NCBI GenBank assembly: GCA_963752285.1
Contig: CAVVXN010000005.1
Span: 1,184,001 to 1,248,000 of the forward strand
DNA from: an uncultured Planctomycetota bacterium
Lineage (GTDB): Bacteria; Planctomycetota; PLA2; JAEUHO01
Reading direction: 5' to 3'
Length of the DNA: 64,000 nt
Below the pieces are notes generated by a model. It worked only from the letters and a program-made list of their open reading frames with translations. It had not been told where the DNA came from and did no database searches. Below, one piece after another: positions 61,780 through 64,000 of the stretch. Both the position numbers and the translations under genes were made by a program. Positions within the stretch are counted from its first letter, which is position 1, and each line of letters starts with the position of its first letter.

Positions 61780-64000
61780 GGGAAGACTCCCCAGGCCGCG
61801 GGGTCGGGCTCGTCGTTGAAGGTGCGCCGCGCCTCCAGCCCCCCGCCGCCGACGGTGGTGACCACGTTGAGCTGCACGCCGACGTCCTCGCCGCGCACGC
61901 TCGCGCCGAAGAGGATCGCGTGGTCCTTGCTGTAGCGTCCGAACACCACCCTCAGGTGGTTCTCGTCGGACCGGAAGTCGTACTGCTCGCGTACGCGCAC
62001 CCCGTACTTCTCGCTCCAACGCCACGAGACGTCCACGATCGGCGCGACGGCCTCGTCGCGCACGTAGCGCAGGCCCGCGCCCACCGCCCACGCGTCGGAG
62101 CACGAGAACCCGCCGCCGAGGAAGGCCTCGTCGAACCCGCGGCGACCGAGGTCGATGTGTCCCTCGCCCGAGACGTACAGCCGCTCCCGCGGGCGCCCCC
62201 GGAGCCGGAGGTCGATCGCCCCCGGCGAGGTCTCGAGGTACGGCCCGCGGTCGTCCACGTAGCGGTGGTACGCCACGTCGAGGTCGAGCACGTCCCGCAC
62301 GCCGCCCCGCGCGGCGCGCGTCTGGAGGCGGTTCTCCACCTGCACGAAGGCGTTGCTCCGGTCGCGCTCCAGGTCCCAGACGTCGAAGGCCGGCGACTCC
62401 AGCGGCTCGTCGCCTCCGAACCAGCGCCCCGAGAACCCGGCGTCCAGGTCGATGACGTGGCGCAGCCGGTCGAGCTGGAACCAGCCTCCCCGGACCTCCC
62501 ACGTCCGGTGGAGCTGGAGGTGCGCGCGCGCGCCGGCGACCAGCGCCGCGCTCTCGAGACGCGAGGGCCGCCCGGTCCGCGCCAGGTCCTCCGTCGCGTC
62601 CGTTCCCGCGTAGGCCGAGATCCGCACGTCGCCCGCGTCGAACCCCAGCCCGAGCTCCGTCCGGGTCGCGAGCCGCGCGGTCTCGGGCTCGGGGAGCGTC
62701 AGCCCGTCGGCCACGCGCCGGCGGAGCCAGCCCGCGCGTGAGTGGGTCAGCAGGTCGATCGAGGGCGCCCCCTTCCGGCCCGGGACGACCAGCGGGACCG
62801 CGGAGCTCCAGAGGTCCACCTGGGGCAGCTCCTCGGTCTCCGTCACGAACGACCGCTGGTGCCACTTCGCGTCGAGCGTCGCCACCCAGAGCTGCTGCTC
62901 CCACCGCGTGCGGACGTACGACTCGCGGTCCTGCTCCGTCAACGCGTCGTTCTCGAAGTACTCGAGGTTCACGCCGGCGTCCGAGAAGTCGTTCACGAAC
63001 GCGTCGAAGGTCGTGTGCGGGAGGACGTGGCTCCGGCTCTCCAGCTCCGCGAGCCACCGGAACGGATGCGGCGCGAAGAACCCCGACGCGTCGTCCCTCC
63101 GGCCGAACTCGTAGATGCCCCAGAGCTGGGCCGATCCCCGCGTCTGGTCGTGATCCCACTCGATGTCGGCCCCGGCCGCGGGACCGCGCTTCGAGTAGCC
63201 GCCGACGAGCACGCCCCAGTCGAACCAGGGCCGGCCGGCGGGACCCGCCCGGCCCCCCAGGGTGACGTTCGCGTAGCGGCCCTGGGACGAGCGGTTCCCG
63301 TACGTGACCCGGCGGACGCGGACCGGGAGGTTCGCCTCGAAAGGGTAGGAGAAGGTCGCAGACCCCCAGTAGGCGAGCGGGACGCGCTCGCCCCGGAGCT
63401 CGACGCCCTCGGCGTGGTAGCGCTGGTCCGGGACGCGTCGGAACCCGAGCAGTGTCGGCACGCGGCCGAGCTCGCCGTCCGCGGCCTCCCCCGGCGCGGG
63501 CTGCTCCTCTTCCACGACGAGACGGCCCACCTCGAGGGCCAGTCGGTCGTCCGCACGGCTCACGGACACTTCGGAGTCGTCGAACACGGCCACGCCTTTT
63601 CCGACGAGCCGGGCCCACCGTGCGCGAACGTAGAGCGGGAGACCCTCGAGGGGCGACGTCTTCGTCATGCCCTGCGCCCCCGCGCCGCGCAGCGCGTCCT
63701 CGTGCGCGGCGCCCGGTGAACGCGGCGGGGTGCCCTTCGCGGTGAAGCGGGGCTCGAGCAGGAGCGCCTTGTACGTGGGCGGCTCGAGATAGAGGCGCTC
63801 GGAACGAAACGCGAGGTCGCCGTAGGTCAGCTCGACCGCGCCCTCCGCGTAGAGCCCGAGGACGGCCTCCTGGAGGACGGACGCGTCGGTCCGGCTCCCA
63901 GGAGGCGACCGCCCGGGTGGCGCGGGCTCGGGAGTCGAGGTCTCGGGAGGCGCGGCCTCGGGAGGCGCCGTGCCGTCCGGGGAAGCGGCCTTGCGGTCCA
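61776..64000 (-). CDS. LptD-like outer-membrane beta-barrel protein, 5'-truncated by window edge
   Basis: The frame stays open from the window edge through 63668 (...GLYAEGAVELTYGDL...AQGMTKT). SDAGVNLEYFE, ELPQV and LRHVI LptD-like motifs, alternating beta-strand pattern. Confidence 0.68.
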   Translation of the reverse strand, partial: DRKAASPDGTAPPEAAPPETSTPEPAPPGRSPPGSRTDASVLQEAVLGLYAEGAVELTYGDLAFRSERLYLEPPTYKALLLEPRFTAKGTPPRSPGAAHEDALRGAGAQGMTKTSPLEGLPLYVRARWARLVGKGVAVFDDSEVSVSRADDRLALEVGRLVVEEEQPAPGEAADGELGRVPTLLGFRRVPDQRYHAEGVELRGERVPLAYWGSATFSYPFEANLPVRVRRVTYGNRSSQGRYANVTLGGRAGPAGRPWFDWGVLVGGYSKRGPAAGADIEWDHDQTRGSAQLWGIYEFGRRDDASGFFAPHPFRWLAELESRSHVLPHTTFDAFVNDFSDAGVNLEYFENDALTEQDRESYVRTRWEQQLWVATLDAKWHQRSFVTETEELPQVDLWSSAVPLVVPGRKGAPSIDLLTHSRAGWLRRRVADGLTLPEPETARLATRTELGLGFDAGDVRISAYAGTDATEDLARTGRPSRLESAALVAGARAHLQLHRTWEVRGGWFQLDRLRHVIDLDAGFSGRWFGGDEPLESPAFDVWDLERDRSNAFVQVENRLQTRAARGGVRDVLDLDVAYHRYVDDRGPYLETSPGAIDLRLRGRPRERLYVSGEGHIDLGRRGFDEAFLGGGFSCSDAWAVGAGLRYVRDEAVAPIVDVSWRWSEKYGVRVREQYDFRSDENHLRVVFGRYSKDHAILFGASVRGEDVGVQLNVVTTVGGGGLEARRTFNDEPDPAAWGVFP

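Noticed and set aside
27..63745. Many long overlapping or antisense ORFs (e.g. 25445..29869 +, 35057..38428 -, 38510..42289 -, 48483..51857 -, 56774..61495 +)
   Set aside because: These are shadow frames expected at very high GC. They are Arg/Pro/Gly/Ala-rich or mirror real genes, and carry no family motifs.
63668..64000. Frameshift or separate gene upstream of the LptD-like ORF
   Set aside because: Manual translation shows one open frame from the window edge into MTKTS. The gene is simply truncated by the window.

Overview
A very GC-rich (roughly 70-75% by eye), densely coding bacterial chromosomal window. Its gene content (TPR-bearing secretin-like lipoproteins, ExbB with several ExbD, FHA/sigma54 regulators, prepilin-type proteins, sulfatase-like protein) suggests a Planctomycetota-like organism; this is inference. 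I found no rRNA, tRNA, CRISPR array or mobile element. Layout: (1) 1-7 kb holds a two-component pair, a HEAT lipoprotein, rnpA-yidD, an unusual PpiD/SurA-like chaperone with three GspG-pseudopilin-like modules inserted, and scpB. (2) 7-33 kb is a 26-kb minus-strand run: GT2, methyltransferase, AsnB-like protein, TMTC-like glycosyltransferase, rsmE and an FHA-GAF-sigma54 activator, then a sigma54-type promoter ahead of an FHA-FHA membrane protein, a PilM-PilN fusion, a PilO-like protein, a 998-aa TPR protein, four prepilin-type proteins, a Zn-finger exported protein, a HEAT-like protein and a PPIase. (3) 35-52 kb holds two paralogous lipoprotein secretins bracketing two large TPR proteins, one ExbB/TolQ, three ExbD/TolR and a sulfatase-like protein, with no TonB/TolA. 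(4) 52-64 kb holds a HAD hydrolase, RidA, an Opp/Dpp ABC operon with two insertion-bearing binding proteins, coaD and a partial LptD-like gene. The best candidate for an undescribed system is the twin-secretin/TPR/ExbB-ExbD(x3) module, possibly a proton-motive-force-coupled envelope machine. It may work with the neighbouring pilus-like operon, which lacks its own ATPase and secretin, and with the pseudopilin-domain chaperone. All protein calls come from motif recognition by eye.
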